Positions 49,128-57,706 of a stretch of 64,000 nucleotides of DNA are shown here, piece by piece. Under the pieces are notes generated by a model. The model worked only from the letters and a program-made list of their open reading frames with translations. It was not told where the DNA came from and did not search any database. The DNA comes from an uncultured virus (IMG/VR IMGVR_UViG_3300029889_000001). Lineage: Duplodnaviria; Heunggongvirae; Uroviricota; Caudoviricetes. Each line of letters starts with the position of its first letter. Position 1 is the stretch's first letter. The stretch covers positions 1 through 64,000 of the IMG/VR virus record IMGVR_UViG_3300029889_000001; one strand, 5' to 3'. The translations under genes were made by a program, and so were the position numbers.

Positions 49128-49861
49128 CCGATTCTTACGGCTACGTCAGATGTTCTGGATTAGGCCAGATGGACGGGGAAGGTCCAGACCGCCAGCAGGA
49201 AACGATTGGAATATTTGCGGCTGGACACGACTTCAATATAGCCGACTGGTACATTGAATCTCATACCGGAAGTGATTTAGAAGGCCGTCCGCAATTCAGC
49301 GCCATGCGTGCCGCAATGGTCTCAAACGGCGTCCATTGCGTCATTGTGGAGAAGTTGGATAGGCTTGCAAGATCGGTTCTAGTTCAGGAAACAATCATTG
49401 CCGACTTCAAAGAGAACGGGATTCTCCTTGTTTCCGCCACTCCAGGGGAAGAGGATTTATGCGGTGACGATCCTACCCGCGTCGTCATTCGCCAGATTCT
49501 TGCAGCGTTCTTTGAATATGAACGCAAAATGATTGTGAGCAAATTGAAGGACGCCCGCGACAGGATCAAACGAGAGGGCCGGAAACCGGGACAAAAGAAC
49601 TATTCACCTGATCCGATTAGGAATCATAGGGCAGAAGGCAGGAAGCCTTACGGAGAACATCCCGATTACCCCGAAGAGAAGGCTGTAGTGGCCCGAATGA
49701 TTGTCCTACGCGCCGAAGGAAACCGGCCAGATCAGATTGCGCAAATCCTTAATTCTGAGGGAGTTGAGACGCGGGGAACAAAGAACGGAAAGAAGCCCTG
49801 GCATGGTTCAACGGTGGCAAAGATTCTAAAACGCCAGTCCTGCCGCGAAACTTCTCCATAA
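49124..49861 (+). CDS. Serine recombinase (resolvase/invertase family) with C-terminal HTH-like domain
   Basis: YGYVRCS..Q, SG...RP.F, KLDRLAR, EYER..I, GRKPYG, IA..LN.EG...W....V..IL. Confidence 0.9.
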   Translation: MTDSYGYVRCSGLGQMDGEGPDRQQETIGIFAAGHDFNIADWYIESHTGSDLEGRPQFSAMRAAMVSNGVHCVIVEKLDRLARSVLVQETIIADFKENGILLVSATPGEEDLCGDDPTRVVIRQILAAFFEYERKMIVSKLKDARDRIKREGRKPGQKNYSPDPIRNHRAEGRKPYGEHPDYPEEKAVVARMIVLRAEGNRPDQIAQILNSEGVETRGTKNGKKPWHGSTVAKILKRQSCRETSP

Positions 49862-49958
49862 TCCTGCGCACTTTTACTTGTTTTTCCACTTGTTTTCAAT
49901 TGTTTGGAAAGTTGTAACGCTAACATTTTCAAAGCAATGCAATTTGTAAGGCGAGAGG

Positions 49959-50147
49959 ATGTCTGGAATGAAACGTCCGTGGGAACCAAAGATCGAGGAT
50001 CACTTTGATGGACAGATGAATTTAGGTGATAACGTAAGCCACCACACCTTTCCGTGGGGTATGTGGGCGTGGATTGCTTTAGGTGTCCTATGCGTCGTCA
50101 CGCTGGCGGGCCTGTGGATATACGGGTACTACCACTTGGCGCAGTAA
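49959..50147 (+). CDS. Small membrane protein
   Basis: One hydrophobic helix. Confidence 0.45.
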   Translation: MSGMKRPWEPKIEDHFDGQMNLGDNVSHHTFPWGMWAWIALGVLCVVTLAGLWIYGYYHLAQ

Positions 50148-50180
50148 AAAGGGGGCCGAATCTCTCCGGTTCCCCCTTCC
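50146..50180. terminator. Hairpin at the convergence of the plus and minus blocks
   Basis: AAAAAGGGGG...CCCCCTT stem with adjacent A tract. Confidence 0.5.
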
Positions 50181-50197
50181 CTCCACTTGATAGGAAA

Positions 50198-50980
50198 TCA
50201 AAATTCAGGCTGATTCAAAGGCTTCGTGAATCCTAGCGGAACCTTCCGTGGCCTGCCGCGCTTTCTCTTTACCTCCCCTTCGACTACCTGCTCGTGGAAA
50301 GCCGCCAAATCCTTTGGGCCACTTTTGGTTTTTACCAGAGCCGGTCCAGACTCATATTCCAGTTCCTCTGGCGTATCCAACTCAGGGTTGAATCCTTCCT
50401 CTTGATGATCTTGGTCAAGATCGCCCTGATCTGCTTCGTCCTCGTCTTCCTGTTCGTTCTCGCCGTCGTCAAGTAGGGTTCCGTCCTCACTCTCAACAAA
50501 GGCTGTTCCTGCCTCACCTGGGATAAACTTGGCCCACACATCCTCTCCGACGTACTGCCCAAGGTAGTTCCATTTTTTGCCGCTGAACGGCATACGTAGC
50601 GTGAAGCTGAGTACCACGTCTGGCGTTTCCTCGTCCCCGAACTCTGCAATCTCAAACCCGCGCATGATGCAGTTGGCTGATTTGATGTCGTCCCCAAAGA
50701 GATTTTCCGTGCTGAGGTCGATGGAGTAGCCCTTGAATTCAATGTCTGGGGTGATTTTGTCTCCACCATGACTAGCTACGTATCGGTACGCCTCGTCTAG
50801 CCATGCTGGAGCACCCATTGTTCCAGTCCCAATGCCTCCGGTCGATAGCGGCATACGGACCTTGATGCTAATTCTCTTCTCTTTGGTTGGGGGCTTCGAG
50901 ACCAGTGATCCTACGCTTAGAATCCTAATCTGACGCTCGTTATGCCTATTCTCTGTGCTGAAAAACGTGTGATCTGCCAT
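50198..50980 (-). CDS. Hypothetical protein with acidic tail and AT-hook-like KRGRPRK
   Basis: ORF track; GAGGAG RBS. Confidence 0.6.
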   Translation of the reverse strand: MADHTFFSTENRHNERQIRILSVGSLVSKPPTKEKRISIKVRMPLSTGGIGTGTMGAPAWLDEAYRYVASHGGDKITPDIEFKGYSIDLSTENLFGDDIKSANCIMRGFEIAEFGDEETPDVVLSFTLRMPFSGKKWNYLGQYVGEDVWAKFIPGEAGTAFVESEDGTLLDDGENEQEDEDEADQGDLDQDHQEEGFNPELDTPEELEYESGPALVKTKSGPKDLAAFHEQVVEGEVKRKRGRPRKVPLGFTKPLNQPEF

Positions 50981-51001
50981 GCTTGTTTCTCCTCTCCCCG
51001 G

Positions 51002-51451
51002 TTACTCCCAAACGATTAGTTCATCTGGTACGTTAAAGAATCCTTGCCGTCCTGTCACCGCTGGCCGTTTGAGCGCAGGAATCAATCGAACATTTTCCAG
51101 TTTGAATGCATACCTGTCCTTGCCGTCGTCTCCTTTGTCTCGGAAGTCTCCCCAAAACTCACAGTCCCCTATCCTGCCCCTCAGCTTGCCTGTAGGAACG
51201 CAATCAACTAGATCGACTACACAGAGTACCTTTCCGTAGTCCAGAGCGTACAGAGGAAAATCGATCTGCTTAAATCTCCTACCCACTTCCTGATAATAGT
51301 CGAGAAGATAGTCTTTGTAATTGAAAAGTTTCTTTGCCGCGTGGATCGCCAGAGGACCACGATAGTCAGTTTTCCAGCCTCTCGTTTCGTAAGGCTTCAA
51401 CTTCAATCCTATCGCTTGAGCGTGGGGTTGCCAGAGAGATAATGCTTTCAC
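51002..51451 (-). CDS. ASCH-domain protein
   Basis: KALSLWQP.A..I....K.YETR.W...YRGPLAIHA; G.QGFF. Confidence 0.85.
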   Translation of the reverse strand: MKALSLWQPHAQAIGLKLKPYETRGWKTDYRGPLAIHAAKKLFNYKDYLLDYYQEVGRRFKQIDFPLYALDYGKVLCVVDLVDCVPTGKLRGRIGDCEFWGDFRDKGDDGKDRYAFKLENVRLIPALKRPAVTGRQGFFNVPDELIVWE

Positions 51452-51711
51452 TCGGTATCTCCATCCAACTCCGCCGCTAGTCTGCGGTCCTCTTCTTCCT
51501 CTTCCGGCGTTATATCGTGCCGACAGGCTTGACATAACTCAGCGTCTTCATAGTAGCCTGAATTGCACATATTACATATCCTGCGGTCGCAACCTACACA
51601 GATATTGTCGGCTATTTCGTTTCCACACAGTTCGCAGGAATCCAACCCTCTGATATAGTCCTTGAATCCTGAGAACCAACCAAAAAACTCACGCTTGAGA
51701 TACTTCCACAT
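51448..51711 (-). CDS. Cys-rich zinc-finger protein
   Basis: Four CxxC pairs. Confidence 0.55.
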   Translation of the reverse strand: MWKYLKREFFGWFSGFKDYIRGLDSCELCGNEIADNICVGCDRRICNMCNSGYYEDAELCQACRHDITPEEEEEDRRLAAELDGDTE

Positions 51712-51722
51712 AATTCCTCTCC

Positions 51723-52211
51723 CTAGAATGGATGATACCCACTCTCAAACAACATACGCGGCGTCTCTGTGCTCTCCAGATTAGTTACGACAATCTCCGC
51801 CCTCTCTGGTATTCCATAGTGCTTTGAGGCTATCAATTGAATGATTTGCGCGTCGTCTGCCCATAACACTCCAGTCATGGCATCTATGCTGCTGCGACAG
51901 ATTTTATCTATATCTGGTTTTACAGAGATGTGCTGGCGCTTCTTAGATATAGATGGAGGCTTTTCAAAGTAGAACTTCATTTCTACTCCTACCGCCACTT
52001 GCTTCTCTGCAAATAAACCAGCGTATCCTGCCTTTGCACGGGCGTCCAGAGCGGCCCATCCTACCTGCTGACGGTAGGGCTTCATCTTTGTGTTGTCGCT
52101 CGTTAGAATGGCTCGTGGCTTCTTGCCATCTTTACCCGGCAAGACGAATCCCTTCATTGAGCCTTGGGGCTGTGGGCGTCCAAGAACGGTAAAGGATATG
52201 CGGTCAGGCAT
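51723..52211 (-). CDS. rusA: RusA-family Holliday junction resolvase
   Basis: G.P.PQGS, KPDIDK..R...DA.TG....DD.QI. Confidence 0.85.
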   Translation of the reverse strand: MPDRISFTVLGRPQPQGSMKGFVLPGKDGKKPRAILTSDNTKMKPYRQQVGWAALDARAKAGYAGLFAEKQVAVGVEMKFYFEKPPSISKKRQHISVKPDIDKICRSSIDAMTGVLWADDAQIIQLIASKHYGIPERAEIVVTNLESTETPRMLFESGYHPF

Positions 52212-52212
52212 G

Positions 52213-52419
52213 TCAGTCCACCACAACTACGTTTGCGGCCTGCGGCTTTCCTTTTGGCCCCTGTTCTATTTCAAATTGGACTTTCTGTCCCTGTTCGAGC
52301 TTCTTGTATCCTTCGCATTGGATGGCACTGAAATGCGTGAACACATCGGCACTTCCGTCGTCAGGCTTCAAAAACCCGAAGCCCTTGCTGTTATTGAACC
52401 AGATTACAACGCCTTTCAT
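52213..52419 (-). CDS. csp: Cold-shock protein (CspA family)
   Basis: WFN.SKGFGF (RNP1), DVFTHFSAI (RNP2), GPKG.PQAANV. Confidence 0.92.
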   Translation of the reverse strand: MKGVVIWFNNSKGFGFLKPDDGSADVFTHFSAIQCEGYKKLEQGQKVQFEIEQGPKGKPQAANVVVVD

Positions 52420-52433
52420 GTCTTTCCTTTCTC

Positions 52434-52919
52434 TTACGGGTTTGCAATCCATTCTCCAAAAAGATCGTTTGGTGGAAACTCAGGATAGTAGAGGGTGTGA
52501 CTTAGCCAAGCCAAGAGGATTTTACCAACTCGCCCGTTGCCATCTACAAATGCGTGTATCCCCTCGAAAGCCTTGTAAAACTCTAGCGGTTCCAGTTCTC
52601 TCTTGTTCTCTGGACACTGGTTAAATAATATATCCAAAAGCCGAGGAACTTCCTGCCATTCTGGAAATCTTTTTATCCCTGTCCTTGTCCGCACATAAAC
52701 CCCGCAGGTTCGCAGTCCTTGCTTGTTCTTTTTCCGTTCAACCAATTTTCCAAGAGCAATCACATCTTTGACCGTCGGTTTCCTGTCTGAAATAGAAGTC
52801 TTCCTAAGCGCGTAGCTCCACGCATCCAGCATCCACCCTACACGCTCTATGCCGTCAAGAGACTCTACATCGTGTCCTTGGCGCGTTACCTCTTCGCGTA
52901 CATAGTCGATGACGTTCAT
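52434..52919 (-). CDS. Fic/Doc-family protein
   Basis: [13 protein letters not shown] motif. Confidence 0.8.
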   Translation of the reverse strand: MNVIDYVREEVTRQGHDVESLDGIERVGWMLDAWSYALRKTSISDRKPTVKDVIALGKLVERKKNKQGLRTCGVYVRTRTGIKRFPEWQEVPRLLDILFNQCPENKRELEPLEFYKAFEGIHAFVDGNGRVGKILLAWLSHTLYYPEFPPNDLFGEWIANP

Positions 52920-52927
52920 TGGCTCTC

Positions 52928-53302
52928 CTAAAATGGGTACTCACAGTCCTTGCAAACAGAGCTTTCGTCTCCTGTTGGCGTGTTGCAGTGGACACATATT
53001 CCGGGCGTGGATGCTGGAGGCTCCGTACTGATGAGTCCTTTCGCTTTAAGTTTTTCTACCTCTTCATCGGTCCAGAGATGCCTAAACACCGGCTCTTGCG
53101 GAACTGGAGTATTTGCCGTTGGATCGCCGATAGGATGATCGACTTCTTCCCACCAATAACGCCATTCCCTGCGGTTTCCACGTCCATCTGGTACAAATGT
53201 GTAAGATGATTTCTTGACTAATAAACGACCAGATTCGCTGAGGGCGTAAAGAGATTCATTTCCCTCTGCGTCAACAGCGACTGCGATCTGTTTGAAGTTC
53301 AC
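52928..53302 (-). CDS. Hypothetical protein with C-terminal CxxC pair
   Basis: Coupled to the ATPase gene. Confidence 0.5.
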   Translation of the reverse strand: MNFKQIAVAVDAEGNESLYALSESGRLLVKKSSYTFVPDGRGNRREWRYWWEEVDHPIGDPTANTPVPQEPVFRHLWTDEEVEKLKAKGLISTEPPASTPGICVHCNTPTGDESSVCKDCEYPF

Positions 53303-55203
53303 TTCAACTCCTCCACTGTTCCATTCTCAACGAAGAACCACTTCGTACCTTCCGCTCTCTTTTCCTTTGGAGGCAAAGTCTTATCCAAACTAAAACCGAT
53401 AAGGATAGCCTGATCCAACTGACCACGCTTAATCAAGTCTAGGACAGAACCGTACAAGAAGGGACGAATATCCTCACCAAGCTCCTGCATTTCGTCAATG
53501 ACTACCAACCTGATTCCTGCGGCGATAGATACAGCGCACTGGAAAGCCGCCTTGAAGATATGTTCCTCCGCGCCTGAGATTTCCTTGACCGGGCCAACGT
53601 ATCCGCGTGCGGTTTTAACCTCAAAGCGAAGGTCTTCCGACAAAGAGGATTCGTACCCAAAGGCGCTCATAACCTCACAGAGCTTCGATTCAAAACCACC
53701 GATATATTCCTCAATCAAGGTTTTCTTCACGCCGTCTTTGTCGAAATACTTGACTAGGGAATCCAGCGTTGCCGCTTTCTTTTGCAGCTTCGTCAACTGC
53801 TCTGTCAGTCGTGTCCTTTCCGCCGCTCTCTCCTCAGCCGCAATGACAGGACGTAGCTGCTCGTTAACCTTATCTTCCTCAGCCTGTAGGGTAGCCAGAG
53901 GGTCGTTGAACGGGAGCGTGGCGTTGACTGCCTCTGGTAGTGCCTCCAGTTCGGCCTTGGTTGCCTTACCCGCCTTGACCGTCTCTGTCAAAGACGCTTC
54001 AAGTGTGATCTTTTCCTTGACCGCCGCTTCATGCTTTCTGAGTGATTCCTTTGCTGCTCCGATGTCTCCTATCGCCTCGATCTGTTTGTCTACATATTGA
54101 ATCTCTCGATCTGAATCGGCAACCTCTTTTTGAAGATCGCTAATCATGGCTTCTAGTTTGGTAGCGTCTATGTCCTGTTCGCACATAGGGCACTTGGCTT
54201 GATCGCCTAATAATCCTTTGAGTTTTTCTATCTGCTCATTGGATACTTGGATACCACCAAGCCAACTAGCGTGATTTTTGTTGAGTTCGGCTAATTCTTG
54301 AGCCTTTGCAGCGGTCGCAGTAAATCCTTTTACCTGTTCCGCGCTGAGGATTTCCGTCTCTAGCTGCTCTAGTCTCGCCTTTCCCTTACCTAGCTCCGCT
54401 CTCAGACCCTCGATCTTGGTCTGTAATTTGCCGCGCTTGACCTCGATATTGTTAGCCGTTGCAACCGCTGTATCCCGCTCCAGTTGCAGGTTGTGGCGCT
54501 TTGCTTTAATCTCAGTCAACTTGGTTTGGAGAGATTCTGAGTCTACTCCTCTCGGCGTAGGTAAGGCGTCAGGAATTACGAAGTCCTTTACCTGTCGATT
54601 GGTCGTTTCACGCTCCTTGTGGAGCAACTTATACGCACCTGTAATCACAGTGAAAGGCTCTGCGTCGAAGTCAACCTTTCCTTCGCCTAACATCTCCTCC
54701 ACGGCATCCGTCTTGTCCTTTGGAAAGTCGTAGTGCGGCGGAAGAACCAGCTTGGCTAATAGGTCTGTCTGAGCCTTTTCATCTAGACGTGAGAAGTAGT
54801 CTGTCGCCGTGGCAATCAACATCGCTGCTTTCCTGTCGGCAAGGAAGTTCTTGAATCCATTCACAATTTTGCTATTATCGGGATCATCCAAGCACTCAGT
54901 ATTCACGGTGCGACCGCTCGAATTAGTATTGAGCGTTACAATATTTCGCAACAGATGTGTGCCCTGAATCTCCGCTGTGATTATTGCCTTGCTCTCGCCT
55001 TGCCGAATCTTCTTTTGGAATCCTTTACCATCACTGGAAAGGGATACAGTTGTCTGCGCAAGATTCATCGACAAAGCTTCCGCGAAACTCGTCTTGCCGC
55101 TCATGTTCTTACCGCGAAGGATTACGAAAGAGGCGTCTCCGCAGTCGAGCGTGGAGTTTTCATGAATCCTATAGTCCTTGAGTGTCAGTTTCTTCAGACG
55201 CAT
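53299..55203 (-). CDS. Rad50/SbcC-like ABC ATPase
   Basis: GKNMSGKT Walker A, long coiled coils with CPMC zinc hook, ISGAE signature, VVIDE Walker B. Confidence 0.85.
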   Translation of the reverse strand: MRLKKLTLKDYRIHENSTLDCGDASFVILRGKNMSGKTSFAEALSMNLAQTTVSLSSDGKGFQKKIRQGESKAIITAEIQGTHLLRNIVTLNTNSSGRTVNTECLDDPDNSKIVNGFKNFLADRKAAMLIATATDYFSRLDEKAQTDLLAKLVLPPHYDFPKDKTDAVEEMLGEGKVDFDAEPFTVITGAYKLLHKERETTNRQVKDFVIPDALPTPRGVDSESLQTKLTEIKAKRHNLQLERDTAVATANNIEVKRGKLQTKIEGLRAELGKGKARLEQLETEILSAEQVKGFTATAAKAQELAELNKNHASWLGGIQVSNEQIEKLKGLLGDQAKCPMCEQDIDATKLEAMISDLQKEVADSDREIQYVDKQIEAIGDIGAAKESLRKHEAAVKEKITLEASLTETVKAGKATKAELEALPEAVNATLPFNDPLATLQAEEDKVNEQLRPVIAAEERAAERTRLTEQLTKLQKKAATLDSLVKYFDKDGVKKTLIEEYIGGFESKLCEVMSAFGYESSLSEDLRFEVKTARGYVGPVKEISGAEEHIFKAAFQCAVSIAAGIRLVVIDEMQELGEDIRPFLYGSVLDLIKRGQLDQAILIGFSLDKTLPPKEKRAEGTKWFFVENGTVEELK

Positions 55204-55355
55204 CTTCTCTCTCCCATCCGCAAGTGTTACAGGTTAAAACCACGTCCATGCACGATCCGCACGGCGCACTCTTAAAGCATGTGCAGTTCTCCGATGGAGG
55301 ATAGATCATCCTTCCTTCGCATCCATCTATAGGGCACGGATCGCCTTCGTCTACC

Positions 55356-56741
55356 TCAGAACTCATCTTCATCTCCCCATCCTTCCCCTTCGCTGTCCTC
55401 TTCCTGCTCCTCGTCAGGAACCGCGTCCAAAGGCTTGCTCACCTTGAGCGTTGCCTTCGTTACCTTGTCTGCGGTGTCCTGACAGGCTTGGTCAAGAAAC
55501 GCCCTCTTTTTTGTTCCCAAATAGCTATTGAGCTTGGTTGAAGAGATAACCAGTTTTCCCATCCATGCCGTATCGCCTGTATTACCGAAAGCGTAATCTT
55601 CTACGATCAAATCCGCAATCGGCATTATCGGCCTGACTCTTCCTTCCTTACATTTTGGGCATAGTCCATTTTCAGGAACATAGTCGAATTGTTTTCCGCA
55701 GTCACACCTAGTTGCGATACTTTCTCCTGTTGTCCTGAAAAGAGGATACACGCTAGATTCACTCTCGACGGGTCCGAAGACGTAAGCCTTCCCGTTGTAG
55801 TCTTTGAGAACTACTCTCTTTCCTGTCCCGTTAACATAATCGCGCAGCGTCTTGCTGTTGACCTTTGAAAAAGCACTGTACCAAAGCAGATAGCGGAGCC
55901 TATCAACTGGCTCTAGTTGCATTTGAGGGTTCCATTGGCTAATGGGGCACTCACGGTTGGAAAGAAGAGGGCAGTAGACACATTGAGCGCCTGAGATTGC
56001 TTCAATTTCCTTGCCGCCGTCGAAACTCACATGGATGGTTTTCTGGCGCTCTCTCGCAGCCTTCGCTTCCTCAATCAACTTAGGAACGTCTTGGCGCGTG
56101 TATTCCACCGTCCTAGTCATATTTTTGTAACGGACGAAAGTCAAACGGAATACAACAGTCTCCACCCATGTAAAGTGTTGATAAATAAAAAGCGCGTACA
56201 TCTTAGCCTGCATTGTTTCGCTTGGCTCAAAAGCGCGAGCGTGTGATTTGAAGTCATCCACTAGAATCTTGTTTTCTGTGCGGAAGACGTACACGCCGTC
56301 AAGTGTTCCCTGATAGCATGGAGGCAACCCACTGTCTCCGCTTATCCCTTCTACCTCCGTTGCCACATCGGTAGGCTGAAAATGCTCATCAAGAGCCATG
56401 CCTAGTTCTGTAGCAAATAAATGTTCGTGGTCAACTACAAATCCATCGCGGAGTCCTGATAGAATCCTAGCCGCTTGTGGCCCTGCGCCATGACTGAAAG
56501 ATTCAAAGGCATCCAAGTCCATCCCTACCGATTTACGGGCGCAGTGGGAGAGATAAAGCGCCATTGTCTTGTGGATTTCAGTTCCACGCGCCGCCTCAAG
56601 TCCTCCCGGTGGTTTATTTCCTTTAATGAATACTTCCGTATAGAAACGAGGACAGGCCATCGTTTCCTGAGTGGACTGCCTGAGTGGTGGGATAGGACTC
56701 TTCTGAATTTGAACCAACTCGGTAGATTTTCTCTTAGGCAT
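55356..56741 (-). CDS. PD-(D/E)XK (RecB/Cas4-like) exonuclease
   Basis: CP...RGT.IH, E, G.LD, DDFKS, Q...YA, C.YC.....C. Confidence 0.8.
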   Translation of the reverse strand: MPKRKSTELVQIQKSPIPPLRQSTQETMACPRFYTEVFIKGNKPPGGLEAARGTEIHKTMALYLSHCARKSVGMDLDAFESFSHGAGPQAARILSGLRDGFVVDHEHLFATELGMALDEHFQPTDVATEVEGISGDSGLPPCYQGTLDGVYVFRTENKILVDDFKSHARAFEPSETMQAKMYALFIYQHFTWVETVVFRLTFVRYKNMTRTVEYTRQDVPKLIEEAKAARERQKTIHVSFDGGKEIEAISGAQCVYCPLLSNRECPISQWNPQMQLEPVDRLRYLLWYSAFSKVNSKTLRDYVNGTGKRVVLKDYNGKAYVFGPVESESSVYPLFRTTGESIATRCDCGKQFDYVPENGLCPKCKEGRVRPIMPIADLIVEDYAFGNTGDTAWMGKLVISSTKLNSYLGTKKRAFLDQACQDTADKVTKATLKVSKPLDAVPDEEQEEDSEGEGWGDEDEF

Positions 56742-57291
56742 TCAGTCCTTTCTGTGTGCAGTCAAAAACCATTAACCTGTCGATGTAACTCTTTGCCGCG
56801 TCGTATCCGTGAGCATGAATTACATGGTCGTACTGCGTTGTCTCGTATCCCGGCCACGCTTCTTCCTTCGGAAAGATTTCAGATGCATCAGCTTTTATTT
56901 CGGAATCCGTCCACTCAAGATGGATGACACTCTTTCTCCATCCAATCTTAATCCTTCCCTTCGGAGTTGCCACGATAAACCAAGGGTAAAAAGCGCAGCA
57001 TCCACGACTACAATAGCCGTTAGGAATCTCTTCCATATATAGAGCGTGACGACCAAAACATTCAAGAATCTTCGCCTTGTCGCAAGCGGCTTTCTCGTGC
57101 GTCTTTGGGTTGGCTCCTGTCTCTCCCTTCAGGAGAGCGTCGTCAATCGAATCTCGCGCTCTATCAATCGCAAACTTTTCATCTTCGGTAAACTCCCGCT
57201 CTATGCCTTGTATCTGAATACGAATCGCATAGCCGCCCATGTGCTGCACACTAGTTACGTTTTTGAATTCCTGCTCGACTGCTATAGTCAC
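56734..57291 (-). CDS. Conserved-looking phage hypothetical protein
   Basis: EIPNGY...PWF.V.T..G.IKIGWRK.VI...W...IHA. Confidence 0.6.
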   Translation of the reverse strand: MTIAVEQEFKNVTSVQHMGGYAIRIQIQGIEREFTEDEKFAIDRARDSIDDALLKGETGANPKTHEKAACDKAKILECFGRHALYMEEIPNGYCSRGCCAFYPWFIVATPKGRIKIGWRKSVIHLEWTDSEIKADASEIFPKEEAWPGYETTQYDHVIHAHGYDAAKSYIDRLMVFDCTQKGLNA

Positions 57292-57706
57292 GCAACCCTC
57301 CTAATCTTCTTTATCTCGCCCCATGAAATCGTAGCCAGTCTCCGGTCCTTGTGCGACACGGAAAACGCATCCACACGCTCACGTATGTTTCCATAGGTGC
57401 GTGACGTGCAGAGCAATTCCTCTCCAGCCCATAGGCTCTTGAGCGCAAGAGTTAGTATATCCTTCGGCTTACGAAATGTACGCCGCTTCTTTACGAATAC
57501 CATGCTGGTACCTCCTAAAATAGTCCTAATCTGGCAAACTCACGTCGGGTAAATTCCGCCGTCTTCGGGTCCAACTTCGCCATCAACTTGTGACGGTTGT
57601 TCGATTGCTCTATCTTTTCGTTAAGGATACGTGCCTCACCTATCCTTCTCAAGTCTTCAACCGTTTTGATGGCACCGCTCTTGCCTTTATTCTTTCCTCT
57701 CTTCAT
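57288..57706 (-). other. Two small basic hypothetical ORFs (57288-57503, 57515-57706)
   Basis: GGAGG RBS, coupled. Confidence 0.5.

Noticed and set aside
55356..56741. cas4 as part of a CRISPR system
   Set aside because: No other cas genes or array; the context is a phage recombination module.
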